Source: Stegostoma tigrinum
Lineage: Eukaryota
Assembly (NCBI RefSeq): GCF_030684315.1
Contig: NC_081373.1
Span: 44,561,173 to 44,625,172 of the forward strand
DNA: 64,000 bases
Direction of reading: 5' to 3'
Of this stretch, positions 51,650 to 64,000 are shown one piece after another (within the stretch, counting starts at the first letter, position 1; each line of letters begins with the position of its first letter). A model generated the notes under the pieces. The model ran no database searches and was not told the origin of the DNA. It worked only from the letters and a program-made list of their open reading frames with translations. A program made the translations under genes and the position numbers.

Positions 51650-52500
51650 TACTGCTGTGAAGACAGACACAAAGTGCTTATTTAGTTTCTCTTCTATTTC
51701 TCTATTTCCTACTGTAAACTGTCCTGATGACTTGATATCAGGCCCACATTTGTCTTTGCTAATCTTTTCTTTTCATGTATCGAGAGAAGCTTTTACAGTT
51801 TTATGTTTCTTGCTGTTTTCAATCAATTTCTTTGACCTTCTTTGTTGAATTCTAAACATTTCCCAATGCTCGGGCTTACTTCTTTTTGGGGCAACTTTAG
51901 TATCCTCCACCTGTGATTTAATCCTATCTTTAACTTCCCTTGTTAACCATGGCTCTCTTGCTATTCCTGTTATATATCTTTGCCTCATAAAAATGCCTGT
52001 TGAATGAAAATCAAGCATTAATCCTTTAAATATTAGCCCTTGCTTATGTACCAATAAACCTTTTCACATACATATCTAAATCACTACAGCCAGCTATGTC
52101 ATCATGAGTGGCACAGTAGCTCAGTGGTTAGCACTACTACCTCACGGGACCTGGGTTTGATTCCACCTGGGGTGACTGTCTGTGTGGAGTTTGCATTCTC
52201 CCAATGTCAGTGTGGGTTTTCTCCCACAGTCCAAAGATGTGTGGGTTAGGTGGATTGGCCATGTTAAATCACCCCTAGTGTTCAGGGTGGGTTATGAGGG
52301 ATGAGTCTGGATGGGGTGCTCTGAGGGGTGGTTTGGGCAGAAGACTGTTTCCACACCGTAGGGATTCTGTCATGCCTTCGTTATTACCCTAGTTTAGATT
52401 TAAGGCCCTGATTTCAGGGAACCACACATTTTTCAGACTCAGTAGAAAATGCTATCATATCATGGTCACTACTCTGTAAAGATTCTTTACAGAATGATTA
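51650..52500 (-). mobile_element. Old CR1 internal fragment
   Basis: EPWLTREVKDRIKS..KRSKPEHWEMFRIQQR, homologous to 13400-13520. Confidence 0.75.
52106..52369 (+). mobile_element. HE1-like V-SINE
   Basis: ggcacagtagctcagtggttagcact..gggtttgattcc..tgtgtggagtttgca..gggattct. Confidence 0.9.
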
Positions 52501-52889
52501 TTAATTAGCCATTTCTCATTGTATGAAGTAGCTAAATATTTAATAGCTAAAAATCTAAAGTGGCCAATACCTAGATGGCTTCTTGGCATATTGCTCAAAA
52601 AGCTTGAATACATTGGCACAGAATCGGTGCTCATTAGGTTTATTCCTGGTGGCTCTGCCGACAATGTAGAACTACCAGTATCTGATTGGGCTGCCCCTCT
52701 TAGGGGTCAGGCAGTCTCTGGGACCTTAATCTCATAGCGGCCTGACACTGCCCAATGAACTGCCCGATGGACACTTAATTGCTTTGGGTCTCTTCCACCA
52801 GAGTCATGTAGTGTTCCTGTCAGTTATCCAACCTGTGGAAGGGGCCCATAATGCTAAAATGCAACATCAAAGTTAGCAATTGAAGAAGC

Positions 52890-54170
52890 GAGGGTTAATT
52901 AGAAATGACAAGCATGTCTTTCATAAAGACCAATTATTTCTGAAAAACCTGACAGAGTTATTTGTTGACAGAGAAGATTGGTGAAGGTAGGTTATTAGAT
53001 GTATACATAAGGTCATTCTAATGAAATTTGATTTGTGCACATGGGAATACAGAAGCACCAAATAATAAAGGGATGGTATTAACTTGGATACTGAAGTGGC
53101 TAAGGGATACGGAATAGAGTGAGGAGTGTTGGTGAACAGATCTTTTTCTGATTTCCCCAGGCATCAGTTTTTCTTGTTTTCGTGACAACATAATGATAAC
53201 AATCAGGACGATTCATGAGTAAATGGACAGAGTGGCGAAATGAGTAGAAATGTGACGGATGCAATTGTGAAATTTCGGGTAGAAGATTGATAGGGAAACA
53301 AGGAATTATGTTCAACATTTACAAACCTGTTTAGGCTTCGACTGGAGTATTGTGTACAGTTCTGGATACCACACATCAGGAGGTCTGTCAATCTGTTGAG
53401 GGCACAAGGGAAGTTTACCAAGATGTTATCAAAAATGAGGGAGCAAACTTTTAAAGTGAGAATGAGGAGAGGTTGATCTTTAAGTAGATTAAACATTCAT
53501 AGAATTTGTACTGTGTGAAAGCAGGCCATTTGGCCCATTGAGTCCACACCAACCCTCCAAAGAGCATCCCAAACCCTATCCCTGTAACCCTACACTTCCC
53601 ATGGTTAACCCCGCTAGCTGGCACATTCCTGGAGACTACAGAGAATTTAGAATGACCAATCCACCTAAGCTGCATATCTTTAGTCTGTGGGCAGGAAACC
53701 AGAACACCCAGCAGACATCCACACAGACACGGGAATAATGCACTAACTCCACACAGGCAGACACCCAAAAGTGGAATCAAACTGGGTCCCTGGTGCTGTG
53801 AGGTAGCAGTGCTAACCACTGAGCCACCGTGCCACCCTAATAGTGACGTTCAAAATTATAGTGGTTGATAGAACAAGTAGAGAGAAGCCATTTCTTCTGG
53901 GAAATGGGTTAGTCAACAAAAATCGATTTAAAACGATTGGCAAAAGAACTAGAGGAGAAAATTCTTCATAGAGGAGCTTATTAAGATCTGGAATGTACTG
54001 GCTGAATGTGCGGTAGAATCGCAATAACATGGGAGTTTGAGTAGGCAAAGAGCTAGGCTGAAGCAAAAAAGCTGAGAAAGTGGAGTGTAGAATTTAATTG
54101 GATAGCTGTTTTAAAGAACTGGCACAGACAGATGGGTCAAGTGAACTTCTATTATCTATGATTCTAGGGC
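52890..54170 (+). mobile_element. Old CR1 fragment interrupted by a SINE
   Basis: LEYCVQFWIPH motif at about 53342 and a degenerate tail. Confidence 0.7.
53495..53836 (-). mobile_element. HE1-like V-SINE
   Basis: Reverse complement of the 52106 element (..gtgctaaccactgagccaccgtgcc). Confidence 0.9.
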
Positions 54171-55079
54171 TGTATCAGTGAAGTGTTTTAACTGGAGCTT
54201 GGTTAAGACACAAACCCAGTTTCTGGTGTGAGGCATCCATTAATTTAAGAATAATTGATTGGATATTACAATGTCATCATGCAACATAGCCAACACAGCA
54301 AGATTCGCTGTTGAATATCTCTGATTTGAAAAATGATACCAGATTTCAAATTTCCACTTTGCCCAAAATCAAATCATCCTAAATAACATGAATTAAAAAA
54401 GATAATCAATCAACAAACATAGTGTCACAGGACTTTGGTTGCAAACTATTTAACTCTTAGGTAATCAGTCAGCAACAGCACAATTCTTCAATGTTCTTTT
54501 AGTATTTTTGTTCTGAGTGTGTACAGTATCATGGCTTCAGATTCACTAACTGCTCTAATGAGTTTCAATTTAATTTGGTTCAATCACTACCTTAACTCTA
54601 CTACGCATGGGTTCCTTCAAGCCCAAAGCGATTTTGTATGAATTAGGGCCAGGGAGGTCAAACTAGGAGAGACTTTTTGTGTAAACAATGCGAAGTTTAT
54701 TGCAATTATTTACAGATTATATGAATATGGCCTACATTACTACTGAAACTGTTAGGGACACACTGCACCCAGGTATTGCTCCTACAAACTCATTCTTTAT
54801 TCTGACCAAACCCCTGTGACATCATCACAGTGGGTGGTGCCTACTGCACTCAGTCAAGCATTAACCCTTCCAGACCTATAGACAACGAATATTATTATCA
54901 CAGCTTGAGCTATGTTCAGTATAACATAATCTTTACCAACTCAGCTTATACATTCTGGGACTACGCAATGTTTAGCACTCCTTCTTCAGTGTGCACAGCA
55001 GCGCAACATAACATAAGAGTATGTTTTCAATTTAAACCCATGCATTACAACATCTTTGTTCCAAATTTTTAACTACAAA

Positions 55080-55500
55080 TGTGAACTTGTGGCAGCTGTC
55101 CATCAGCCCGCAGATCTGCTTCACTATTGGATGAGATAATGGCTGATCTATTTTCCTGTCTATCCCATATACTGCTTGACTCCTTGACTCTATCTAACTG
55201 AGCTCTAATTACATACTTAATCGGCCTGCCTTCATAGATCACTGGGAGAGAAAATTCCACAGACTAATGACCCTCTGAAAGAAAAGTTCTCATCTCCGTT
55301 TTAAATGGGAGACAACTATCTTAGAAACTGTGCCCCTTAGATCTGGATTTGCCCACAGTGGGGGCAGGGGGAAGTGGGGGATAGGGGGATACATTCAGTA
55401 TCCACTCTGTCAAGTTTCCTCAGGATGTTATAAGTTTCAATAAGATTACCTCTCATTCTCCTAATCTCAGTGGATAAAGGCCCACACTGTACAATGTTTC
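55080..55500 (-). mobile_element. Old CR1 3' fragment
   Basis: Collinear with the reverse-strand CR1 end at 5800-6200. Confidence 0.7.
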
Positions 55501-55675
55501 ATAAATGAATTAGCCATCAGGTCAAAATGGATGTTTCTTTCGTTGCACTTCACTTCTGTCCCTGCAGGCTAGGATCTCTAGTTTATCTGTTAAATTGACA
55601 AGAATTGACATTTCCTCCCTTTTTCTGATTCTATCAGGTTAAATCCATGTCTGAATTTAACTGAGCAGGTTCTAT

Positions 55676-55905
55676 CTCTGAGATAACAAGGCGTAGAGCT
55701 GGATGAACAAAGCAGGCCAAGCAGCATCAGAAGAGCAGGAAAGCTGACATTTCAGATTGAGGGCCTTCTTCAGAAAAAGTAGAAGGGTTTTGACCCGAAA
55801 CGTCAGCCTTCCTGCTCCTCTGATGGTGCTTGGTCTGCTGTGTTCATCCAGCTCCACACCTTGTTATCTCAGATTCTCCAGCTTCGGCAGTTCCTACTAT
55901 CTATG
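55676..55905. mobile_element. Palindromic Penelope-derived mini-element
   Basis: About 90-bp imperfect inverted arms (tctgagataacaagg...gctgac / gtcagc...ccttgttatctcaga). Confidence 0.85.
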
Positions 55906-56204
55906 TTATAACTCTTCCCTTTTTAAAATTTCAATTGTTAAAATTCTGAGGTAGTCAATCTGTTTTACTGGCTGCTTTTCAGTATTTCGGATCTTTTTCA
56001 GAGGCCACTTCATATCTGTGAAATGATTGTAGATAGCCAAACATGATTTAAATCTTAACAAAGGAAAGGTCTTTTGTTACATTCTTGATGAGTACTGGGG
56101 CAACTGAAGACATTACTCCTGATGAATACTTGAAATGTTCATTCATCAAATCCATTCAGCATGTAAGCAGGCTATTTAGCACATCATATTCACACTGACC
56201 TTTT

Positions 56205-56456
56205 GATCCCACTCAAACCCACCCCATCCTTATATTTTCCATGGTTAATTCACCTAGCCAACACATCCCAGGAAACTACAGGACAATTTAACATGGTCAG
56301 TCCACCTAACCTGCACATCTTTGGACTGTGGGAGGAAACCCACACAGACATGGGGCAAATGTGCAAACTCCACACAGACAGTTGCCTGAGGCTGGAATTG
56401 AACCTGGTTCTTGGTGCTGTGAGGCTGCAGTTCTAACCACTGAGCCACCGTGCCAA
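56205..56456 (-). mobile_element. HE1-like V-SINE
   Basis: tgtgcaaactccacacagacag...ctaaccactgagccaccgtgcc. Confidence 0.9.
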
Positions 56457-57094
56457 CCATCTTAGAGATGTGGTGCCAACAATATGGATTTCCCTACCTA
56501 TATTGTCTGACTTTTGGAAGAACACTTTGGAGAGAAGGGTTTGATAATGGAGAACAAATCTAATGTTCCTGCATGCCTAGTGTGTTGACAAAATCTCCAG
56601 GCAATAGCAGACATTCTTGTTCAGATCCTCTCACCCCTTCCACTCCCACCTTTAGCACTGCACGCAATTTGAAACCTTTAATAAAGAGTCAAGAAACTGT
56701 GTGAAAGGATTTATTAAAACTGTGTTTGGTATTTGACTTTGATTTTTCAATTTTGACGTTGCTTCCCCACGTATCAGTGTGCCTTTTGCAACAGAGCTTT
56801 CTGCTCTTCTTCCAAACCCCATTCTAAAGTAGCCACAATCAGTTTTTCTATTGAACATTTCATTGTATTGTGCTGCTTAACAAGAGAGGGAAGACTAACA
56901 GAGAGATGACAGGCCAGCCAGTACGTATACAGCAGCCATCACTTAGTGCCTTCATTCCGGGATACACAGGCTAAGGCAGTCACATGCAGTTCTTGTAACG
57001 GCTGCATAGTGTCCCACCTGTAAGTAATACCACGTCCTACAACTCAGTGCGCAGTCTGGTTACACCAGGGATACAAACCCAACAGTATTTCTGA

Positions 57095-57342
57095 AGAAAC
57101 AGAAACAAAGTTACTGGAAAAGCCCAGCAGGTCTGGCAGCACCAATGAAGGAAGAGGCAGTTAACATTTCGGGTCCAGTGACCCTTCCTCAGAACTGAGG
57201 AAGGTTCTGAGGAAGCGTCACTGGACCCCGAAATGTTAACTCTGTCTTTTCCTTCACAGATGCTGTCAGACCTGCTGGGCTTTACCAGCAACTTTGTTTC
57301 TGCTCCTGATTTACAGCATCTGCAGTTCTTTCGGTTTTTGTT
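57095..57342. mobile_element. Palindromic Penelope-derived mini-element with two back-to-back hammerhead motifs
   Basis: About 100-bp inverted arms. Minus-strand HHR at 57159-57196 and plus-strand HHR at 57204-57241. Confidence 0.85.
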
Positions 57343-58671
57343 TAGTAATTGTGAAGATCTTAGCTAGTCTGAAAATAGATATTAACCTAACATCTGCAGG
57401 GTTAATTAAAATGAAGTTAAATGAAATAAAGAGGGATCAGATGAAGCCAGAGGATGACCTAATGATTAGAAAGGTCATTGGTTTTAAAAGTGTTTTTGTA
57501 TTTTGTTGAAGGAATATGTATGTGCTAAGACTGAGTATTGTAAGTCAGCACTAATAGACCGAACTGTCACCAAAAAGTGAAACTTCTGTGTAAACATAGA
57601 CAGTGAATCAAATGTGATGATGTGGTCTACTTATCAGGTGAATTTGTGACTGTCATAGAATTGTACTGTATCAATATCATACATTTCACTGGCTGACATA
57701 AAAGTGGGGGAAAGTGATTGCAAGCAGAAGTTTTATGTCAAAGTCCTTTAAAAACAAGAGATGTTTCCAAGGAGACACAAGCAAGTCCTAATGAGTTAAT
57801 TGATCAAAGTGACATGGAAAACATGACACATTTGTGATGTTTACCAATTTTCAATCTATCATTTACTGGAGACTTGACAGAGTCAAAGCACAGCCTCCTT
57901 GTATGGAAACAGTATGAATAAAACCATACATCACAACACAGTTAGCCGGCTAGGGGTAGAGGTGATTTGATCAATAGTTAGAAGTTGGGACAGAGCAGGC
58001 TGATCATCTTCAGAGAAGTCCACATAAAAGAGTTCAAATGTGATTGTAAGCATTGCATAGATAAGATTTCTAGCAGTATTTTTGTAGTGTATTTTGCTTT
58101 AATAAAGGACATTGGGTATATTCTGTTGGTAGAGCCTTCTTGGCTTAATGCTATCCAGAGTAAACTGGATGTATGAGGAAAAGTGGGAATAAAAGCCTAT
58201 GGAAACTTCATCAAACAAGGTTGGTCCAGGATGCCACTAAGATATGAGAAACATGAGCCGATCAGATAAACACAAAAGCATAACATCAGATCCATTGCTT
58301 TCTGTAGTGTGTTAGTTAATTCACTATCCATCTGGATAATCAGTAGTGATACTGCAGGAGACTGAGACCTTACTGAGTGACAGCAACCATAACCTGCCCC
58401 CAGGTGACAGAAGATTATTGGTGGATCTAGTTCACCATCATCGGGAAAATTTATATACTTTAATATCCTCTTCCTCTGTGTCAGGAACACCAAACCACTT
58501 CGAGGACCAAATTAAGGCAATTGACAATGTATCCTGTTGACATAGGGAAACAAATTTCTTGAGCATCCTGAAAGATTATCTATCCTTGTTACTATGGCTG
58601 ATGACACCTGTACATCTTCGACAAGAACTGGTTGCTACCATGAAAGTGAGGCCTATTCTGTCACCAGGCAG

Positions 58672-58960
58672 TGGAATTTCAACTTAATTCATAAATCTGG
58701 ACTTGAAAGCCAGTCTCAGTAATAATGGTCATGAAACCATTATTGATCATTGTAAAAACTTATCAACTTCACTGATGTTCCTCAGGGACAGAAATCTGTC
58801 ATTCTAAGCCAATCCGGGCTATATGTGACTCCAGGTTCACAGCAATTGCATTGGCTCCTAACTGCCCTCTGAAATAGACTAGCAAATCATTCAAGGGCAT
58901 CTCTGGATAAGCAACAAATGCATGCCTTGCCAGTGACATCTACATCCCATAAAACAAATA
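58672..58960 (+). mobile_element. tRNA-derived SINE body with LINE tail (same family as 1025-1345)
   Basis: Collinear with 1085-1345. Confidence 0.8.
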
Positions 58961-59606
58961 ACAAATCATCATGCAGCAAACAGTTGGATCAGTTTGTGAC
59001 ATGGCCCAAATAGGGTCACTTGGTAGTGTGCAGCTTTCTGTATAAACTTGCCTTTTGACAAGGTCAGTTCAGAAATTCCATTAGAAAATGAAGGACCCAA
59101 GGACATGCATCAGCCAGAAAACCACAGTTTGAAGAAGTTGCCATTTCCGGTAACTGCAAGAAGACAATGTGATATCCATGACATACCTATTGCTGGAATT
59201 ATCTTGCTTACGCCCATCACCTCTGTTCCACCACAAAACATACTGTCACCACTCAACAAGTCTCTATCTGCATCTACTCATGTTCTATTTAAAGGCATTC
59301 TTAACCTCTTCAACATGTGCATGCAGATCTTATTGCTCAGAAGGCAACAGATAATACTTTCCATAATATTTCTCCATGGCCCAAATATATAATGTGTTGC
59401 CTATTAACCTTGATCAACTGCTTTCTCTAGAAGTCACCTGAATGGTAACAGATCTTGTTGATTTGCAAGCATCTCAAGATGAGGATGGAGATTGGCATGT
59501 ACTTGCTGCTATCCTCAGAGACTGCAACTTCATGCAACGCATTCCTGCCGTGATGCTAGCTCAGAATAGTGATGGATTGACTGGAAAGCAGGCCTCAGCA
59601 GTTTTG

Positions 59607-59900
59607 TTTTTAAAATTCATTTACTCATGGCATGTGGATGCTGCTGGTTGGGCTAGCATTTACTGCTGGTCTTTGGTAGCCCTTGAGAAGGTGGTTCTGA
59701 GCTGCCTTCATGATCCACTGTAACCCTTTTGGTATAGGATCTCCCCTGACCATGTTAGTTCCAGGATTTTGACCAGCCACAGTGAAGGAACAGTGATATA
59801 TCTCCAAGTAAGGATGCTGAGTGGTTTGGGGGGGAACTTGCAGGTCATGGCTTTTCCATGTATCCACTGCCCCTACCCTTCCAGATGCTAGTGGTGTGGA
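59607..59900 (-). mobile_element. 3' end of a CR1-group LINE (same family as 31570-32235)
   Basis: Reverse complement is similar to 31960-32210. Confidence 0.75.
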
Positions 59901-60866
59901 TTTAGGAGAACTAGGTATTTACTGGGAACTTGTTCAAGGGAATCAAATAAAATTTACCTGGAAATTTCCAAGGTGGTTCAGGATGGTGAGGGGTAGATAG
60001 TAGGCAGCATTGGATGGACAGAAATTTCATCCTGCCACATATCGGGTAGACATTGTACTGAGATGGCCATTCTAGTTTGAACGAGTCTATCTCTAGATTG
60101 AACCCTGTAATTTTCAGTGCCCCAAAACATTCCTTAGATTCATCTTTAGATATGAATGGTTAAGTGTTAAAAAAAATCTGCAATGATGAAGTGTATTAGC
60201 CTCTTTTCGCATTTCTGCCTTCGATTCAAACTTTGATCGTCCAGTTTCTCAGATCTGCATTTTAAAAAATACACTGTAACTTTTAAGTGTCACTAATTTC
60301 TAACACAAAAAAGTTTACTCTCATTAAATTCCTAAGAATTGAAGCAGAAATCTGTTTTTAGTCTTCTCTGTGCTTTTAGTGGTTGATATTGCAGCAAAGA
60401 TATAATACGATTTGTGTATCCCCTCTTCCCAGCACGGGACATTCACTGATATAAAACCTTTTACAAAGTTTCTTTATTAATCCAAGTGCAATATGTGTGA
60501 CCTCAGGAGCAGGGCATTGTACCTGTATTGCACTTAATCGATGTGACCATCTATCATACCTCTACTCTGTTGTCTGTTCAAAGTTTGAATACAAAGGGCA
60601 ATAAATACAATAAGAGACCAACAATGTAACATTCAGACAAATGGAAGCACATACAAATACAATTTTAAAAAGCTCCAAAAATATAAATAATCATGCAAAA
60701 ACAGAATAAAACCACCATTGGCATATATCAATGAAATGGCAGTGTCTGAAGTATCAAGATAGGATAATGAAACTTTAAAAATATGTTATTATTATAAAAT
60801 TATAAATATATACAAGCATTAATTCACATTTAAAATCTATTATCCGGGTGGGTATAATAGATTTGA

Positions 60867-60984
60867 AGATAATAAAATGTGAGGCTGGTTGAACACAGCA
60901 GGCCGAGCAGCATCTCAGGAGCATAAAAGCTGACGTTTCGGGCCTAGACCCTCCAGCATCTGCAGTTCCCATTATCACTCATCC
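60867..60984. mobile_element. Young inverted Penelope-derived mini-element
   Basis: Antisense pLTR piece joined to the sense 3' tail. 13-bp TSD ataatagatttga at 60854-60866 and 60985-60997. Confidence 0.9.
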
Positions 60985-61239
60985 ATAATAGATTTGACAC
61001 TGCTTTGCTAATTGTTTAAGTTTAATAATCCCTTTAGTCTCTTTAATGATTTTATGTTGTACCTCTTTCTATGAGATGGTTACCCAAGGCAAAATCAGAG
61101 GGGAGAACTCCAAAAAGTTTGTGTTTGGGTTCAGTTGGATGCTAGAATATTAAAACTCTGAATCTCAAACCAAACTGCCTCCAACTTGCCCACTCCAGTT
61201 TTTTGGGTATAGCGTCAGCAATCAACCTACTGGAAAAGG

Positions 61240-61820
61240 ATAAAAACCAAAAGAACGGAGGATGCTGCAAATCAGGAACAAAAACAAAGTTGCAGGAAAA
61301 GCTCAGCAGGTCTGGCAGCATCTGTGAAGGAGAAAACAGAGTTAACGTTTCGGGTCCGGTGACACTTCCTCAGAACTGATGGTGGCTGGGAAAACATCGG
61401 TTTATATGCAGAAAATAGGGATGTGGGTGGGGTAGGGAGTAAATGATAGATTAGAGCCCAAAGAGAGAGAAAGACAGTTGGACAGACAAAGGAGTTGCTA
61501 ATGATCAGGCTGGGAGGGGGAATAGTTGTTAATGGGGACTGTTAGTGACCAACAACACAGGATGTGTAATGGCAGGCTATGTGGTAACAAGGCCTGGTGT
61601 GTGGGATGGGGGACTGGGACATGGCAGAGTTTAGGTCCTAAAATTATTGAACCCAATATTGAGTCCAGAGGGCTGTAGAATCCCAAGGCAGAAAATGATG
61701 TGTTGTTCCTCCAGCTTGCGTTGGATTTCACTGGAACACAGCAGCAAGCCAGGGACAGGGATGTTGGCCAGGGAGCAGGGTGGTGCATGAAAGTGCAGGC
61801 AACAGGTAGTTCAGAGCCTT
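61240..61820 (-). mobile_element. 5'-truncated Penelope-like element
   Basis: The minus strand encodes the endonuclease C-terminus (RKLEEQHIIFCLG) followed by a pLTR of the 57095 family. Confidence 0.85.
61340..61377 (-). ncRNA. Minimal hammerhead ribozyme motif, best-preserved core in the window
   Basis: Reverse complement reads agtt-CTGAGGA-A-GTGTC/accg/GACCC-GAAAC-GTT-aact. 4-bp helix I, palindromic AACGTT at helix III, one stem II mismatch. Confidence 0.65.
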
Positions 61821-64000
61821 GAAACCTGGAAAAGGATGGCAGCTTAAATGGCTATAATGTAGCTGCTTGTTCTATTCAGCAATCGTTTTAACTGTAACTC
61901 TAATCGGTGGTGTTTTCTCAGGTGAAAGGAACTGACAGCTCCTGGATCCAGGAGATAAGGGTCTTTCCACTTTACCTGCTGATATATCAACTTCACCAAG
62001 GCCCTACAGCCACTTTACCAATGTGCTTCAGGAGGCTGTCAATGCTGATTCACCTTTCTTGAGCATTGTGATCTCCCACCTCAATTTTTACAAATCCCTC
62101 CGTGCAGTTTCCAATCTCTCACCCTGATCCTTCTAATTTCTCCTGACCCTAGCTTCTGATCTTCCCCTGGCTACCAGTTTGCCCAGTCCAATGCTGGTCT
62201 CCCCACTGATCCCTGGCTGTGTACCCTGAACATTCCCAGCTCTGTGATTTTACCCAACTCTGGGTAATATTCCTTGGAACCCCAACCACCTGGCCTCACA
62301 GATCCCATCCTCCCTCATTTTCTCTCAAAAGGCTGTAATCTGGCAGCATAAGCTGTATCCTCTTGAAACATCTCAGTCTTGCTAGTCACAACAAGGAAAC
62401 CAGGACAAAAACTATTTTTAAATTCAGCAGAACTTTTGAGAATCTTGTCCTTCTGCAGTTTCTGGCTTCAAACCAATTCACCCCTCCCACCTTTGATTTA
62501 ACATCCTCCCAAAAAGGAGCATTTAAAACAAGATAAGCCATATAAGTCAGAACACAAAACTTGTGGACATTGTCTTCAATGTTTCAGCTGCATTCCTAAT
62601 GCTTGCAGACTCATAATGGAGTCAGTCTTTTCACTGCAATAGATATCACCAGACCATGTGTCATTTGGGTTAAATTATGTCATTTGTTTTCTAATCTTTT
62701 CTAAATCCAGGATTCTAAGTATTCCATGTACTTACAAAAAAAAAAGTTACAAGGTCGGCAAACAGTGATTTTGTTACGATTCACATCTGGATATAATGTT
62801 CAATCACCTGAATATCCCGAGGAGCAAGTGTTCTGAAGCCAAATGATTAGCTAAGCCTCAATGCAGAATGGTATGTGGATTAATCATTGGCAGTTTAATA
62901 AGAAGAAACTGTGCTTGCAATAGTTTGTTTAATGGATTATTCTTGGGAAAGATACTTCACATGAACTGCAATTTCAAGCAACAATTATTCCTGTGTAAAT
63001 ACAATAAATAGCAAATACAGTCATGAACAACAGGTTTGCTGTAACAAAGCCTAATTGGATGAAACTGTCAAAAAGTATAGAAACATGTTTTTTTCACGAT
63101 CTGCGGTCACATGACAATGACCAATGATCAGCAATGGTCCCTCTAAATTTTCCTTGTTATGCACAGCCCGTTCATTTTACTGCATGGCAACTTTGTACTT
63201 ATTGTGCAGCTGCACACACAGCACCTTAGGGGAGATAGCTTGCGAGCAGCCTGTTTCCATGACCGTACCATATCCATGCACTTTTGAGCAGCTTGGAGGG
63301 AGTGTTGGCAAGTAGTCTTTTTTTTGCCTACCTATCACATCCACAAACCATATCCAAAACAAGGAGTGTTTTTTTTTTCTTGTGTGCGCAAATCCACTCA
63401 AATACAATTTGTTCTTGATGGTTACACAATCCTGAACCTAGAAGAATTTGTCCAACTATAAATTGCATTGCAGAAACATGATATAAATTAAACATTGATC
63501 AGCGATGACAAAATCCGACTGAACATATATTCTGCGATTCACATTTTGATTTTCACATTTCGTACAACTTACATTACAAGATGGGAGGCACAAAGCCAGA
63601 TACAAAATAGCTTAACTAATGGAATAGTTAACATGTGAAGTGTATGTAATAGTCTTCTACATTGCTGACATCAGCTAACTTGAAGGGTTTCCATTCTTCC
63701 AATGAGAGGCATCCATCTTATAATGCAGTAGCTTGCAAACCTTCGATTATTTCTAAGGAGTTCTGAGGATACTTGAGAAAACCTGCAAAATTTCTGTCAC
63801 ATTATCATGGGATCGCACGATTATGGGATGTCCTTCTCCCTCTCTGTGTAAAGTTCAAACATCAGCACAAAAACACTTGTTTGTTTTGGCACAGAATTAA
63901 AATGCACTGACAATAATAATCCTAACCAACACAATACAGGAATCAGAGGTGATATGATCATAGATTTGGAAGGATGGCTGTCAGTTATTGAATGAAAAAG

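Noticed and set aside
52106-52180. tRNA gene
   Set aside because: The A/B boxes belong to a V-SINE head. There is no full cloverleaf and the sequence continues into the SINE body.
54635-54884. TGT...ACA-bounded solo-LTR-like segment
   Set aside because: No TSD and no second copy in the window, so it cannot be supported.
59048-59723. Two protein-looking ORFs (114 aa and 93 aa)
   Set aside because: No recognisable domain and no consistent splice sites. The second runs into an antisense LINE tail.
63218-63240. REST/RE1-like CAGCACC half-site
   Set aside because: The right half-site GGACAG is absent at canonical spacing.

Overview
Eukaryotic, repeat-saturated, non-coding window, almost certainly from a cartilaginous fish. 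The HE1-like V-SINEs, shark-type CR1 LINEs, DeuSINE and Penelope-derived short elements point to a shark, probably a carpet shark; this comes from recognising the repeats, not from a database search. I found no recognisable host protein-coding exon: every long ORF is a transposon remnant. The window holds many CR1/L2 LINE fragments (two young, near-identical copies), a decayed Gypsy LTR element with nested insertions plus two solo LTRs of the same family, a tandem Tx1/L1-clade element, Harbinger remnants and SINEs. It also holds about a dozen Penelope-like pieces, several of them short palindromic insertions with target-site duplications that carry minimal hammerhead ribozyme motifs. Most worth a second look are the hammerhead-bearing fold-back mini-elements, a perfect 39-bp inverted repeat in unique DNA around an exon-like segment, a LINE that appears to start with a tRNA-derived SINE head, and two regulatory-looking islands (about 45.5 kb and 48.7 kb). 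Repeat boundaries are approximate (tens of bp) unless a TSD is quoted.
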